Positions 37,493 to 47,502 of a DNA stretch of 64,000 nt are shown here, piece after piece; position 1 is the first letter of the stretch, and each line of letters starts with the position of its first letter. The stretch lies in sequence record ON470617.2; one strand, given 5' to 3'. A program made the position numbers and the translations under genes. Below the pieces are notes generated by a model. It saw only the letters and a list, made by a program, of their open reading frames with translations, was not told where the DNA came from and ran no database searches. This DNA comes from Escherichia phage vB_EcoM-813R1.

Positions 37493-38380
37493 TCATTGAT
37501 TCACCTCCTGCGGCGGTTCTGGTAGCGGCATCCAGAACAAGGCGTTCCCTAACCACGATAAAGTGCCGTCGCTCAACTCCACGTATTCCCCTTGCACCTG
37601 GCCTGCCATATACTCGCCGTGCTTTGAATAAATTAAAATCCAATCATCTTGAGCGGGCATTCGCTCACTACAGCTTATCCAACTATCCGGAGTTACCGGA
37701 GAGTTGCCAGCCAGTCTACGCAAAACAGCCTTAACAGCCTCAATACGGTCATCATCGCAATTTTCCAGCGTATCTATGCGGTCGAGCATGATGATGGCGT
37801 TATCAATATCAGGATTGCCAGTCCACTCATTACCGCGATTGGATTCGGCAGCCTGGTTGCCAGATGCTGGCTGATTGTCGGCTTGGCTATAGCTAACAGC
37901 ACGGCAGGCATCCTCTACGTTCTTCACTGCATCTGCGCAGTAGTTATAGCGATTGCATTCCACTAACTTCTGCTTGAGATTTTCAATTGCTTGCGCGACA
38001 TCAGCCTGTATTGGCGGAACGGCTGTTTGCTCTCGAACGTCATTAGTCGCTATCGGTTCTGCTGCCAACTGACTGGCATATTTGTTAATGGTAACGATAA
38101 GCTCTTGCTCGGCCTCATCCAGACAATCACCGATACCTCGCCTGTCACCGTCAAAATCATCGAAATCGGCACGAATCCTGGCAACCTCCCGGATTGCGGA
38201 CAACACTTCACCAGGAATAAGCGGAGAGTTGCCCGATAGTACATTCTGCTCCAGCGATGCCAGAGCAATTCGTGCCAGTTCTTCCGCTTCTTCTGCTGGC
38301 AGTACAACGTTGCTACCAGGTCCGTATGTTTCGCGCCACTGCCTGATTGTCAGCAGTCGCTCTTTGGTAATAGTGGTCAT
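37493..38380 (-). CDS. Ea22/DUF551-like protein (295 aa)
   Basis: C-terminal DUF551-like signature ...WISCSERMPAQDDWILIYS...LFWMPLPEPP. Confidence 0.5.
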   Translation of the reverse strand: MTTITKERLLTIRQWRETYGPGSNVVLPAEEAEELARIALASLEQNVLSGNSPLIPGEVLSAIREVARIRADFDDFDGDRRGIGDCLDEAEQELIVTINKYASQLAAEPIATNDVREQTAVPPIQADVAQAIENLKQKLVECNRYNYCADAVKNVEDACRAVSYSQADNQPASGNQAAESNRGNEWTGNPDIDNAIIMLDRIDTLENCDDDRIEAVKAVLRRLAGNSPVTPDSWISCSERMPAQDDWILIYSKHGEYMAGQVQGEYVELSDGTLSWLGNALFWMPLPEPPQEVNQ

Positions 38381-38653
38381 GTGTTAGTCCTTATCCTGCT
38401 GTACTTTCAACTGATGAGGGGAATAAAATCTTTTCATCAAATCCGGCATTCATATCATGAACAGCAACACACCAATCCATTGACGAACGATTATCAAGAG
38501 CCTCCATGATTTCATCCATGCGGCGCAGGTCATACAGGTAAATGCTTTTATCGCCAATGGTGTAAAAACCAATTTTTTCGGTGATGGGCAGCGATCAAGA
38601 ACGTCCTGTAATTCGCTCAACCATGCTTGTTCTTTTTTGTCAAAGTTGCCATA

Positions 38654-39211
38654 TCACTCTCCTTTGATGCCAATGCCAGCGGCGCGGGAATCATCCCATC
38701 GCTTTACTTCTTCACGAATTACGTCAATGCATTCTTTCGAATCCATTAGGTAATCTTCATCAAAAAGACGTTCCTGTTCGTTTTCTATCGCAACAATGAT
38801 TGCTTCAACTAACTTTTGTGCCTGAGAACCACTTTCTAACTCTGCTATGCGCTTACTCCCATCAGAGATAACACCTTCGTAATACTCACGCTGCTCGTTG
38901 AGTTTTGATTTTGCTGCTTCCAGCTCAACGCGCAACTTCCCTACCGTTAGTGCAATATCCTCGTTCTCCTGGTCGCGGGATTTGATGTATTGCTGGTTCC
39001 TTTCCCGTTCATCCAGTAGTGCCAAAGCAATCTTTGGATTAAAGGCAGCAATAAATTCAGCGTTGTTTTTCAGAACGTGTTGCGCAATGGCCTGACTACT
39101 TAGTCGGACCTCATAACCACGTGCGCCACGGTGTGGTTTATATGAGTCCCAGTCTCCCCACGTTGCCTTCTCTGCCGCCTCACGCAGTGCCTGATAGTCA
39201 ATCTTGTTCAT
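38654..39211 (-). CDS. Ead/Ea22-like protein (185 aa)
   Basis: N-terminus MNKIDYQALREAAEKATWGDW typical of lambdoid Ead/Ea22 proteins; coiled coil. Confidence 0.5.
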   Translation of the reverse strand: MNKIDYQALREAAEKATWGDWDSYKPHRGARGYEVRLSSQAIAQHVLKNNAEFIAAFNPKIALALLDERERNQQYIKSRDQENEDIALTVGKLRVELEAAKSKLNEQREYYEGVISDGSKRIAELESGSQAQKLVEAIIVAIENEQERLFDEDYLMDSKECIDVIREEVKRWDDSRAAGIGIKGE

Positions 39212-39212
39212 G

Positions 39213-39545
39213 TCACATCACCCTGAATCCGTTGCATTTACGTAAGAAATCGCAGATATAGCCCTTCATTTTTTCATGCCAATCTCGATCATTCCCATTG
39301 CACCAACCATCAGGTGGAGTCCAGTTTTCTATCAGAGCAGCCATTTTCTTTGCTTTCGCCGGAGTAGCTGTTGCGGTATCGCAGTAATGACGAGTGTCAA
39401 CCAACGCATCCATACCATCGATATCAAGTACGCAAAACCATGTGTGATTCGGAATTCCTACAGGTGGTATTTGTTGCCCACGTCGACGTTTATCAATAAG
39501 ATATACACTCACTGCTTGCCTCCTTTGCGAATCTGTTCCGCCCAT
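39213..39545 (-). CDS. Hypothetical protein (110 aa)
   Basis: ORF between two Ead/Ea22-like genes. Confidence 0.4.
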   Translation of the reverse strand: MGGTDSQRRQAVSVYLIDKRRRGQQIPPVGIPNHTWFCVLDIDGMDALVDTRHYCDTATATPAKAKKMAALIENWTPPDGWCNGNDRDWHEKMKGYICDFLRKCNGFRVM

Positions 39546-40234
39546 TCTTCAAGGGATTTCTCCGCATATTCACCGGACAGGCCATCAATCGGATGCGGTT
39601 CATTAGCCAACTCTTCTTTCGCTGACAAAATCATGCGTGTAACGTCGAAAACTTCACGCAAAGATTTATTGATAAATCCGTGATTGAACGCAGCAGCAAG
39701 ACGGCTGGCGGTATAGTTAATCCCCTCGTTGCGTGCTTCCGCACGAATTTCAGCCAGAAAAGCATCGGTGGCTGAAATATTTCCTGTTGCCTTCATGGCC
39801 CCCAAAATAACCAGAACGCCATCTCGCCCAACCTCCTCAGCGATAACCTCGGTGTTGTCGCCAACAACATCGCAGAATGCCTGAACTGCCTTACGAGCCA
39901 GCTCATTCTCCGCCGCCAGCGCCGCGCACTTGGCCTCAAGAGCGGCAACCACTTCCTGATGGTCTTTGTACTTAACGTATGAGCCGGAGATGTCATCACC
40001 TTCGGTGTTTAGCCATGCGTCATTGCAATTCACTGCGTAGGTTCTGATGCTCATGTTGATGCTCTCCCGCCCCTGACAGACGCTAGGCCAGTCAATAAAG
40101 TATCCGCAATGCCTACCCTCAGACGTGCGCGCAGGATAAATGCCGTTATGACCCGGCAAAATATATGCTACCCATTCATCTTGCGTTGCCTGTTTCGCCG
40201 CCTCGCGCAGTTCTTTATAGTTAATTTCGCTCAC
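39509..40234 (-). CDS. Ead/Ea22-like protein (241 aa)
   Basis: N-terminus MSEINYKELREAAKQATQDEW, paralogous to 38654..39211. Confidence 0.5.
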   Translation of the reverse strand: MSEINYKELREAAKQATQDEWVAYILPGHNGIYPARTSEGRHCGYFIDWPSVCQGRESINMSIRTYAVNCNDAWLNTEGDDISGSYVKYKDHQEVVAALEAKCAALAAENELARKAVQAFCDVVGDNTEVIAEEVGRDGVLVILGAMKATGNISATDAFLAEIRAEARNEGINYTASRLAAAFNHGFINKSLREVFDVTRMILSAKEELANEPHPIDGLSGEYAEKSLEEWAEQIRKGGKQ

Positions 40235-40459
40235 TGGTTGCCTCCTTTACGGATCTGCGCTGCGATGCGCGAAAAAAGACTCCCGCGTATGACTGTTAAG
40301 AGCTGGCGCGAACGCTGCGTTAAGAACAGCAGCATCACAGCCGTCATCAATATAGAGCGCAATTTTTTCTCCAGGCGCGCTTTGGCTTCCTGCAACTGCA
40401 TACCCCGGCACGCACGCGGGATATAATCAGCAATTTGAGCGATAGCCTTTTCGTTCTGT

Positions 40460-40663
40460 TTAAACATGCTTCACCTCGATAGGCTTGATGGTGTCTAACA
40501 GCAGTCGGCGGCGCGTATTTTCTGCAAAATGGCGGCGTCCAGTTTCTTTGTGGTAAAACTCGTTTTTGCCGACGACCCACATCCGCTCTGTTTGGTGCAG
40601 TTTTTTTACCTGCGGACCGTCTTTGGTGATCACGGTGCCGGTATGGGTTTTTACGATTGTCAT
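40460..40663 (-). CDS. Hypothetical small protein (67 aa)
   Basis: ORF only. Confidence 0.3.
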   Translation of the reverse strand: MTIVKTHTGTVITKDGPQVKKLHQTERMWVVGKNEFYHKETGRRHFAENTRRRLLLDTIKPIEVKHV

Positions 40664-40746
40664 GCCACTACCTATTCGAACAGATGAACGAGACAGGCCG
40701 ATGCTCGTCCACCTGAAAAACTGACGATTTGATGCATACTCACGGT

Positions 40747-41475
40747 TTATTCCTGAATGCGCTTAAACTCGATTACCCACACCCAGGGATTAGCGTTCCA
40801 GCTTTCTTCACCATAGATGGATTCCCACAGACGCTGGAACGCAACCTTGGCCATTGCGAAATCCCCCTTGGGAGTAAGGAATGTTCCCGGGTGATCAGGA
40901 AGCAAACTTCCAGCAGGCGGAACGCCCTCATCCCTTGCATCGCATTCGCTGATATCGTTCAACCGCTCAACGCGCACGTTGGTAATTTCCAACAGGATGC
41001 GTGATGCCCATCGCGGCATGTGAATTGATGGACGCCACCCACCATCAAACTTTTCATTCACAGTGTGAGGTTTCCAGTCGGCATCATCGGGTATCGACCA
41101 TAAACCGTAATCACCAGGCTTTTGCTCACAACTGGCCCGATAAATCCTTGCTGCGTTCTTCTCATCGCCACGACAAAGGTTGTCGTTCCAGTCCACACTG
41201 CAACCATCTTCATTGCCTAATATCGCCCATGTTTCACGAACCCAAATTCGATCGCCGACGATACCAAAGGGGCAATTGAAAACACTGCTTACACCATCAG
41301 CCCCGTACCACTGAAAACCTGCACCAATTTCCCTAACCATCACTGGTGCTTCTGGACCAACTTCCGCAGGCTGATTTTTCATTATCCGCCGCGTCTGCGT
41401 TTTCCTTCCTTCGAGGATGGCTCGGACCATCTCATCGTTGAAAATCATGCCGCGCTCTTTCACTTCGCCTTTCAT
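40747..41475 (-). CDS. Hypothetical protein (242 aa)
   Basis: ORF starting MKGEVKERGMIFNDEMVRAILEGRKTQTRR; operator-like site upstream at 41652-41669. Confidence 0.5.
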   Translation of the reverse strand: MKGEVKERGMIFNDEMVRAILEGRKTQTRRIMKNQPAEVGPEAPVMVREIGAGFQWYGADGVSSVFNCPFGIVGDRIWVRETWAILGNEDGCSVDWNDNLCRGDEKNAARIYRASCEQKPGDYGLWSIPDDADWKPHTVNEKFDGGWRPSIHMPRWASRILLEITNVRVERLNDISECDARDEGVPPAGSLLPDHPGTFLTPKGDFAMAKVAFQRLWESIYGEESWNANPWVWVIEFKRIQE

Positions 41476-41651
41476 GCATCCCCTTACCCATGCGCGACGA
41501 TGCCGCCAAAAGTGATAGAGAACAGCCAGAAATAGATCGCGGCCATAATGATTTTGAATGCCGTGTTCATATTTTCAGCTCCTGTGATTGATTGGATACA
41601 TGCCGCGCCTTGCGGCATGTTTTTATTTTCACTTTCTCTGTTTTAAAAATC

Positions 41652-41669
41652 AATATTTATTAGAGCAAT
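41652..41669. promoter_or_regulatory. C1 operator
   Basis: AATATTTATTAGAGCAAT. Confidence 0.6.
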
Positions 41670-42175
41670 TATTGTTGGTGGAGAAGCGCGTTTTCATACT
41701 CCCTGACCATTAACGTAAGTACGCCGTGACTCCTGAAAACACGCGCCACTTCAATCTTATCTTCCAGCGCGAACGCAATTTTACTTAGACCAATTTTCTT
41801 CAGGAGATCAATCTTTGCTGGACCGTCATTTCTGTCATCGGTGGCAGGACGCATAGATAGCAAAGGCTCAGCCCCGTTTGTTACGTACTTCCGCAGCCAG
41901 GCTCGTGTTTTATCCCTTGCGATCTCACAGCGCCCGGTTACAAACCAGACCGTGTAAACGTTAAATAACTGGCGCACCATATCAATAACCGGAGTGATGG
42001 GAGTATCGGTGTCACAGGCGAGATTAAACTCGTTCCAGTCCTTTGTTAATGCACCTTTACCTGGTGGCGGAAGCAAATGCAGTCTGTCTTCAGTTGCCTC
42101 TGATATTGTTCCATCAATATCGACTATGACGATATACGGACGTTCCTGGTGTGCGTGTTTATTGAAAATACTCAA
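41669..42175 (-). CDS. HAD-superfamily phosphatase-like protein (168 aa)
   Basis: N-terminal motif I IVIVDIDGTI (DxDGT); resembles polynucleotide 3'-phosphatase / nucleotidase HAD domains. Confidence 0.55.
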   Translation of the reverse strand: MSIFNKHAHQERPYIVIVDIDGTISEATEDRLHLLPPPGKGALTKDWNEFNLACDTDTPITPVIDMVRQLFNVYTVWFVTGRCEIARDKTRAWLRKYVTNGAEPLLSMRPATDDRNDGPAKIDLLKKIGLSKIAFALEDKIEVARVFRSHGVLTLMVREYENALLHQQ

Positions 42176-42247
42176 ATGCCCTCCTCATTGGACGAAAAAA
42201 ATGCTGGTGGGCGCACTCCACCAGCATTAAAAGTGACGCTGTAACTA

Positions 42248-43450
42248 TCAGCGGACGTAAATAGTGCCGCCGTTCTCTTTTTCCCATGCATCGCTACGTG
42301 CATAGCAAACATCGAGAAGTCTTCTTGCCGCTGTTTCCTCTAAACCCAATTCGACAACCAACTGCTCATGACGGCGGGTAACCACATCAAACAGGGTATG
42401 CAACCCTTTAGTTGCCAGATCATCAATGAATTCCGGTTCGAACGGCAGCTCTGCATCTGCCAACATAACCTCTTGCGCCCACTCAACTCGACGGACCAAT
42501 TCCGGGCGGCGGCTTTCCATCTCTTTACAGATCAATTCATGGAAGAACTCTACCCAACCTTCCGGCTGGAACTCGCGGAAAATTGCCAACGGCTGGAAGT
42601 TTGGCATCAACCATTCGTTGATTCGGATATCAATGGCATAGCCCATGTCGCAGCAGAACTGATAAGCAAAGTCCAGCTTAGAAACGATATAAGGACGCTC
42701 GTTATTGAACTCTTTAGGCGATGAGATCCCATAAGCCAGGAGGCGCGGGAAGAAGGAGATTTGCCCTAACGTCGGATGAAGTTTGCTTGCAGGGAAACGG
42801 CGCTCAGTAATGCCATACATTTCCTTCTTGAGCGTCGCAAATTTGGCATTCTCATTAACCAGCGCGGTAACCTCTGCTTTTTTATTAGCAAATGCCACGC
42901 GCGCTTCGCTTGCATCTTTAATAGTTTTTTTGAGCTGTTGGTTAAGGTCGGCGACCTGCTTACGCAGTTCCTGTCGCTCGCTTTTAGCTTTGTTATAGCG
43001 TTTCTCAAGGTTAAAAGGATCAAGTTTCATGATCTCTTTATATTGAGATTTTAGCGTTGAAATCTGTGAGTTCCGCAGTTCAACCATCGCGGTCATTTCA
43101 TTGAGTTTTGTTTCCAGCTCAATGCTTATACGTTCGGCATTATCAGCACGCTGGTTGGCGTCATGCGTCGCATTGTCGATCGCGTCCTGTTGCTGGCGTT
43201 TCAAATGTTCAATTTGTAGCTGAAGCTCTTCAATTTCTTTACCCTTCAGACCGAGATCCAACTGCATATTTTCAGCTGCATCTACCAGGGAGTTATGGCT
43301 ATCAGCTTCTGCGTTATAAACATCAATAAGCTGTGCGTGAAGCATCTCCGCTGACTGAACCGCATTATCAAAAACGCGCTGTGAGGTCATCACAACTAAC
43401 GCGGCGTTGCGCGGCCCGGATGTTCTGGATAATGGCCGGGATACCGGCAT
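42248..43450 (-). CDS. Hypothetical protein (400 aa) with N-terminal coiled coil
   Basis: Long ORF upstream of the HAD gene; no catalytic motif recognised. Confidence 0.5.
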   Translation of the reverse strand: MPVSRPLSRTSGPRNAALVVMTSQRVFDNAVQSAEMLHAQLIDVYNAEADSHNSLVDAAENMQLDLGLKGKEIEELQLQIEHLKRQQQDAIDNATHDANQRADNAERISIELETKLNEMTAMVELRNSQISTLKSQYKEIMKLDPFNLEKRYNKAKSERQELRKQVADLNQQLKKTIKDASEARVAFANKKAEVTALVNENAKFATLKKEMYGITERRFPASKLHPTLGQISFFPRLLAYGISSPKEFNNERPYIVSKLDFAYQFCCDMGYAIDIRINEWLMPNFQPLAIFREFQPEGWVEFFHELICKEMESRRPELVRRVEWAQEVMLADAELPFEPEFIDDLATKGLHTLFDVVTRRHEQLVVELGLEETAARRLLDVCYARSDAWEKENGGTIYVR

Positions 43451-43509
43451 TCAGGACGTCAGGGATAGATACATTTTCGATTGATTGGTTTTGTGCTGAA
43501 GTGATCATT

Positions 43510-43728
43510 TCAAAGTTCCGTATTAGCTTGTGCTTCGGTCATTTTTCCTAAGTATGAAGGAGGAAGGACTACGCAATTTGTATCCAGTCCCTCACCTATG
43601 GCAGCCTGTAAAATTCTGGCTAAGGTGAGTCTCTTGTTGCGATACCTGGTGATGACATGCCTGATACCGCCGGTCGGCGTAACAAAGGCGATCAGCCAGT
43701 AGTGATATTTCCGTCGGAATGGCCACAT
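43510..43728 (-). CDS. Hypothetical small protein (72 aa)
   Basis: ORF preceded by an operator pair. Confidence 0.35.
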   Translation of the reverse strand: MWPFRRKYHYWLIAFVTPTGGIRHVITRYRNKRLTLARILQAAIGEGLDTNCVVLPPSYLGKMTEAQANTEL

Positions 43729-43742
43729 AGTGCACCTTGTAG

Positions 43743-43807
43743 ATTGCTCTAATAAAAACGTGATGAGTGTACATCACGTTTTAAAAATATGGAATTATTA
43801 GAGCAAT
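43743..43807. promoter_or_regulatory. Inverted pair of C1 operators flanking a 20-bp palindrome
   Basis: ATTGCTCTAATAAAAAC (43743-43759), palindrome CGTGATGAGTGTACATCACG (43759-43778), AATTATTAGAGCAAT (43793-43807). Confidence 0.6.
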
Positions 43808-43897
43808 ATTATTCTGATTCTCGCTCAAAAAATGAGCTGATAAGGGGGAGCCAATCCTCTGACACTTCGCGAGGTCGCGGTTTGCCGTGGAAAAAGA

Positions 43898-44509
43898 TTA
43901 TTCGGCAGTCTTTTGGTAATGCCCCATTCCCCTGGAGTAACGCGCGCTCGCATATTTTGAACCAGGTTCCACAACATCGGCCTTGTAACTTACAAACCAT
44001 CCTGGATACAGATCCTGAAATGCTGGTGTATCATCGCCCATAACCTTTCGTAAGAACCCCTGGTCACCCCAGCACTCAGTAGTGACACAACGAGAAATCC
44101 AACCTTCCGGATCTTGCCAGAATGAACTCCAGATATGCGCTTTAACACTATTTGGTATCCACAGGGCACCGCTACCACGATATTGTGGATGGTAAAAATC
44201 CCTAAGCATGGTGAAGCTGGTTGGTGGATGCTCTAGGATTGGGCGTATATCACCGGCAATAACCGTGTCCAAATCCAGATAGAACAGATCATCGGTTATA
44301 TCCGGTCGGAACAACTCGATTTTCGCCCACCAGCCACGGCACTTTTGCCACTGGTTGATCAATGGGATAACTTTGACGCCAGGTACATGTAAACACTTCA
44401 GGTCTGTCAGGCAAATAATTTCATAGTCTTTTGGCAGTTGATTAACCAGCCACTGCACATCGGAAGCGTTATAGTCACCACCAGAGCGAAGAACTAAAGC
44501 AATCTTCAT
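43898..44509 (-). CDS. Putative GT-A-fold glycosyltransferase-like protein (203 aa)
   Basis: DxD-type motif in [13 protein letters not shown]; overlaps ppp stop by 4 nt. Confidence 0.45.
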   Translation of the reverse strand: MKIALVLRSGGDYNASDVQWLVNQLPKDYEIICLTDLKCLHVPGVKVIPLINQWQKCRGWWAKIELFRPDITDDLFYLDLDTVIAGDIRPILEHPPTSFTMLRDFYHPQYRGSGALWIPNSVKAHIWSSFWQDPEGWISRCVTTECWGDQGFLRKVMGDDTPAFQDLYPGWFVSYKADVVEPGSKYASARYSRGMGHYQKTAE

Positions 44510-45198
44510 GCTGCACCATCACCTTTCACTTTCATCAATGTCAGGTTTCCGCAAAATACGGCACCAGTGTCGATATACTGCTGATTCCAGAATGTCTTCG
44601 GGCTTTTCACCGGAGTGTGACCAAAGATAAAACGATCTGCGCCCGAAATTTCGCCACCAATATCATCCATCGAATCACTGATACGCTCGCGCGCCCAGAC
44701 AACGTTGAAAAGCGGCACCTCCTTACCGAATTGGTATTCATTATCCGGATAGTCGGCATGGGCTATAACGATAGTTTCTTGCCCGGTGTTCAACTCAATG
44801 ATATAGGGCAGACGCTTTACCAGCTCCACCAGCGCCCTGGCTAATATTTCCTGATCAGTGTCCAGCATGAAGAACCATTGTCCGCCATTCATTAGCCAGT
44901 TATTCACGTTGCCATCAGGACTTAACGCATCGAGCATCAACCGCTCATGGTTCCCCATCACTGCCCTGAACCAGGGCATCTGCAATAGTTCCAGACATTC
45001 GACATTTTCAGTACCGCGATCGATAAGGTCGCCGACCGATATCAGTAAATCCTGCGCCGGGTCAAAATCCACACGATGGAGTTCGGACATCAGTCTGGTG
45101 TAGCAACCATGCAGATCACCAACAACCCAGACATTCCTGTATTTGGTACCGTCGATACGGTGATAAATTGTGGGTGCCATCATGTATTCTTCAGCCAT
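44506..45198 (-). CDS. ppp: Ser/Thr protein phosphatase (calcineurin-like metallophosphatase)
   Basis: Motifs GDLHG, GDLIDRG, GNHE as in lambda PPase; 230 aa. Confidence 0.85.
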   Translation of the reverse strand: MAEEYMMAPTIYHRIDGTKYRNVWVVGDLHGCYTRLMSELHRVDFDPAQDLLISVGDLIDRGTENVECLELLQMPWFRAVMGNHERLMLDALSPDGNVNNWLMNGGQWFFMLDTDQEILARALVELVKRLPYIIELNTGQETIVIAHADYPDNEYQFGKEVPLFNVVWARERISDSMDDIGGEISGADRFIFGHTPVKSPKTFWNQQYIDTGAVFCGNLTLMKVKGDGAA

Positions 45199-45806
45199 TC
45201 TTTAAGAGTCATCTGCGGAATACCTCCCATTTTCCCGCATGAAACAACGTCAATCTGTTCACGCGCAGACTGGAATAACAAAGGCAGGTGACTTAGATTT
45301 TTTGGCGTGCCGCCGGAGTGAACGCGTAGTTCTTGCGTAGCGTCAACGCCCACCAGAGCTACATGTTTGAATCCGATATGGAAAGCCAGGTTCAGAGCAC
45401 CATATGCACTATTGCCGCTGGCAATTTCATTCTCATCTTCGCAAAGGCCGAAATGTGCGGACCAGCGCCACGCCCACCACTCGGGAGAATTCGTATTTTT
45501 TGGCTCCATGCCGCGTTCAGCCACACGACGGAAGCACAGAACGCCATCTCTGACTTCACGTTCTTTAACATCGGGTAGTGCCATGCAATAACAAACACCA
45601 CGGCGACGGCGGCCACGACCAACGCGCCGCATATTGTCTGGGGATGGATCAAGGGTGAAAAAATAAGAAGCGCGGTTCAGCCAGTCGATGGCCCCATTGA
45701 CCGCTATAATCGGCACTCCGCGCGGCGCAACAAAGTTTGCGGCGCTTGGGCCACTGCCGACGATAATAACGCGATCACTGCCTCTAAATTTATTCTTGGG
45801 AAACAT
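45180..45806 (-). CDS. GT42/DUF115-fold (sialyltransferase-like) protein, paralog 2
   Basis: VIIVGSGPS...[11 protein letters not shown]...[26 protein letters not shown] matches the Cst-II / MptE-like pattern (GNGPS, CNQF, SG..A..A..G..L.G.D). Confidence 0.5.
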   Translation of the reverse strand: MFPKNKFRGSDRVIIVGSGPSAANFVAPRGVPIIAVNGAIDWLNRASYFFTLDPSPDNMRRVGRGRRRRGVCYCMALPDVKEREVRDGVLCFRRVAERGMEPKNTNSPEWWAWRWSAHFGLCEDENEIASGNSAYGALNLAFHIGFKHVALVGVDATQELRVHSGGTPKNLSHLPLLFQSAREQIDVVSCGKMGGIPQMTLKEWLKNT

Positions 45807-46366
45807 TGAATTGCACTGCTCCTACTTGCATTCAAAATATGTAAATCTGCGTGTTTTTTGCGGGTATCCAGGAACTGCTGTTGCCATTTTGAAATAGACA
45901 CCTGCGTTGGATTCCGTAGGGCTTGAGGGTGCGCGCCATGCCAATGAAGGCCGTTTTGCAGAGAACAGTCATAGCCGACTAATACCACTACTTCAGCCCC
46001 TGATTCAGCAGCCAGACTGATAGCCTGCGCGCCGCTATTTACCCCTTCCGCCGGTCCACAATATCGCCTGTACTCCAACGAAAATGATTTCGCCGCCGCC
46101 AGGTTGGCTGTCACTTTGCGGAACCTCCCTCCCGGTATGGTGGAACCGTATTGCTTCCACCATGACAAATCACCGGCGTATAAGGCATAAATGTCATCGA
46201 ACATCTGCCAGGAATTGTTAACCGCGATGATTGAACAGCCAGTTTTTTCTATAGCAGCACAGTCCTCACGAGTGAGTGACGGACCGCTACCGACACAAAA
46301 AACAGTCCTAGTCGCCCTGGGTGGTATGTTCATTCTCAGCTGCAAATTCAGCCTCCAGGCGAGCAT
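45704..46366 (-). CDS. GT42/DUF115-fold (sialyltransferase-like) protein, paralog 1
   Basis: VFCVGSGPS...IIAVNNSWQ...VNSGAQAISLAAESGAEVVVLVGYD; ORF tail overlaps paralog 2 by ~100 nt, so its true stop is probably obscured by an indel. Confidence 0.5.
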   Translation of the reverse strand: MLAWRLNLQLRMNIPPRATRTVFCVGSGPSLTREDCAAIEKTGCSIIAVNNSWQMFDDIYALYAGDLSWWKQYGSTIPGGRFRKVTANLAAAKSFSLEYRRYCGPAEGVNSGAQAISLAAESGAEVVVLVGYDCSLQNGLHWHGAHPQALRNPTQVSISKWQQQFLDTRKKHADLHILNASRSSAIQCFPRINLEAVIALLSSAVAQAPQTLLRRAECRL

Positions 46367-46529
46367 TCATTTCAGCGATTACAGGGTCCACTACAGCATC
46401 TGTTTCCTGTTCATTACGCGGCATGACCGATGCCAGCGACTCATAATTAACCTTGGATGACACGATTATTCTCCCGATGTTAAAGTGCACTACCACAAAG
46501 AGCGCACATGCACTAATTAATTTATTATT

Positions 46530-47108
46530 TTAAGCAGCATGCAACCACTTATCGCCGTTCAATACATGCTCAATAGCCTCACCCTTTTTAAGACTTATGT
46601 ATTCCAGGATGGCGGTAATCGCTTGTTCTGCACCGTACGCAAGAACGACGTAGTAACCTTCCTCTCTAAGCCTGCGCATCCAGGCGATCTGCTCTTTCGT
46701 CGGGGCTTTACCATTTGGTTCTTTAAGCTCAATTCGCATGCCGTGATAAATACCGCATGCTTTATCGAGACTCATGTCCGGATAACCTTTTTTCTGCCCT
46801 TCAGCCTTCATTTTCCCGGCGGTTGCTTTTGAACGTTTCCCTCCGTTAGGCGTTGCATGCAACAGCTCATAGATGTCAGGGTGCTTGCGTTCGAAGTAAT
46901 CAAAAATGAAAACCTGCTCGAAGTGCTCGCAATTTCCGTCGCGCAGGTCTGGGTTCTTTGCAAGTGCTGCAAGTGCCTTCGCATGTGGAGAAACTTCTTT
47001 TACCGGCGCAAGCGATAAGAATGGATCCTTTTTGGTTTTTGGCCTGGACCGCCCCTTATTTCGACGCTCACTAAAAGCCTGAAACTCTTCCTCAGTAAAG
47101 CGCAACAT
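46530..47108 (-). CDS. VRR-NUC domain nuclease-like protein (192 aa)
   Basis: PD-(D/E)xK-type region ...GYPDMSL...RIELKEPNGKAPTKEQIAWMRRL. Confidence 0.55.
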   Translation of the reverse strand: MLRFTEEEFQAFSERRNKGRSRPKTKKDPFLSLAPVKEVSPHAKALAALAKNPDLRDGNCEHFEQVFIFDYFERKHPDIYELLHATPNGGKRSKATAGKMKAEGQKKGYPDMSLDKACGIYHGMRIELKEPNGKAPTKEQIAWMRRLREEGYYVVLAYGAEQAITAILEYISLKKGEAIEHVLNGDKWLHAA

Positions 47109-47110
47109 AA

Positions 47111-47356
47111 TCAGTCAAATCCTGCCGGTCGCATGCCATATTTACGCTGTTTTGCGGCCTGCTCTTCCCTGTGCCATTGCGCACATTCAGCGTCACAATA
47201 AATGCCTGATTCAATCGATTCATTGCAGTAACGACACTTCCCTGTAAATACCTGGCTCACGACCTGTGCCTGCTTTCTGATGTTATCGATGGCCATGTCT
47301 TTGAGAGCTTCTAACTGATTCATGCTCAGCTCTGCATCATCAACACGTTCTGCCAA
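47111..47356 (-). CDS. TraR/DksA-like C4 zinc-finger protein (81 aa)
   Basis: CRYCNESIESGIYCDAEC with a coiled N-terminus. Confidence 0.5.
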   Translation of the reverse strand: MAERVDDAELSMNQLEALKDMAIDNIRKQAQVVSQVFTGKCRYCNESIESGIYCDAECAQWHREEQAAKQRKYGMRPAGFD

Positions 47357-47413
47357 TTTTGTTTCCTCGTGAAGAACCTACTTAAGGGCAGAATGATACA
47401 TTTCACAATCAAA

Positions 47414-47430
47414 ATTGCACTAATAATTTT
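47414..47430. promoter_or_regulatory. C1 operator between divergent gene blocks
   Basis: ATTGCACTAATAATTTT. Confidence 0.55.
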
Positions 47431-47502
47431 CTTTTATTGAGTTAAATATTCAACAAATGACTAGCGGTAGAATCACCATCATCTATTTCTGGCAGGCTGA
47501 CT

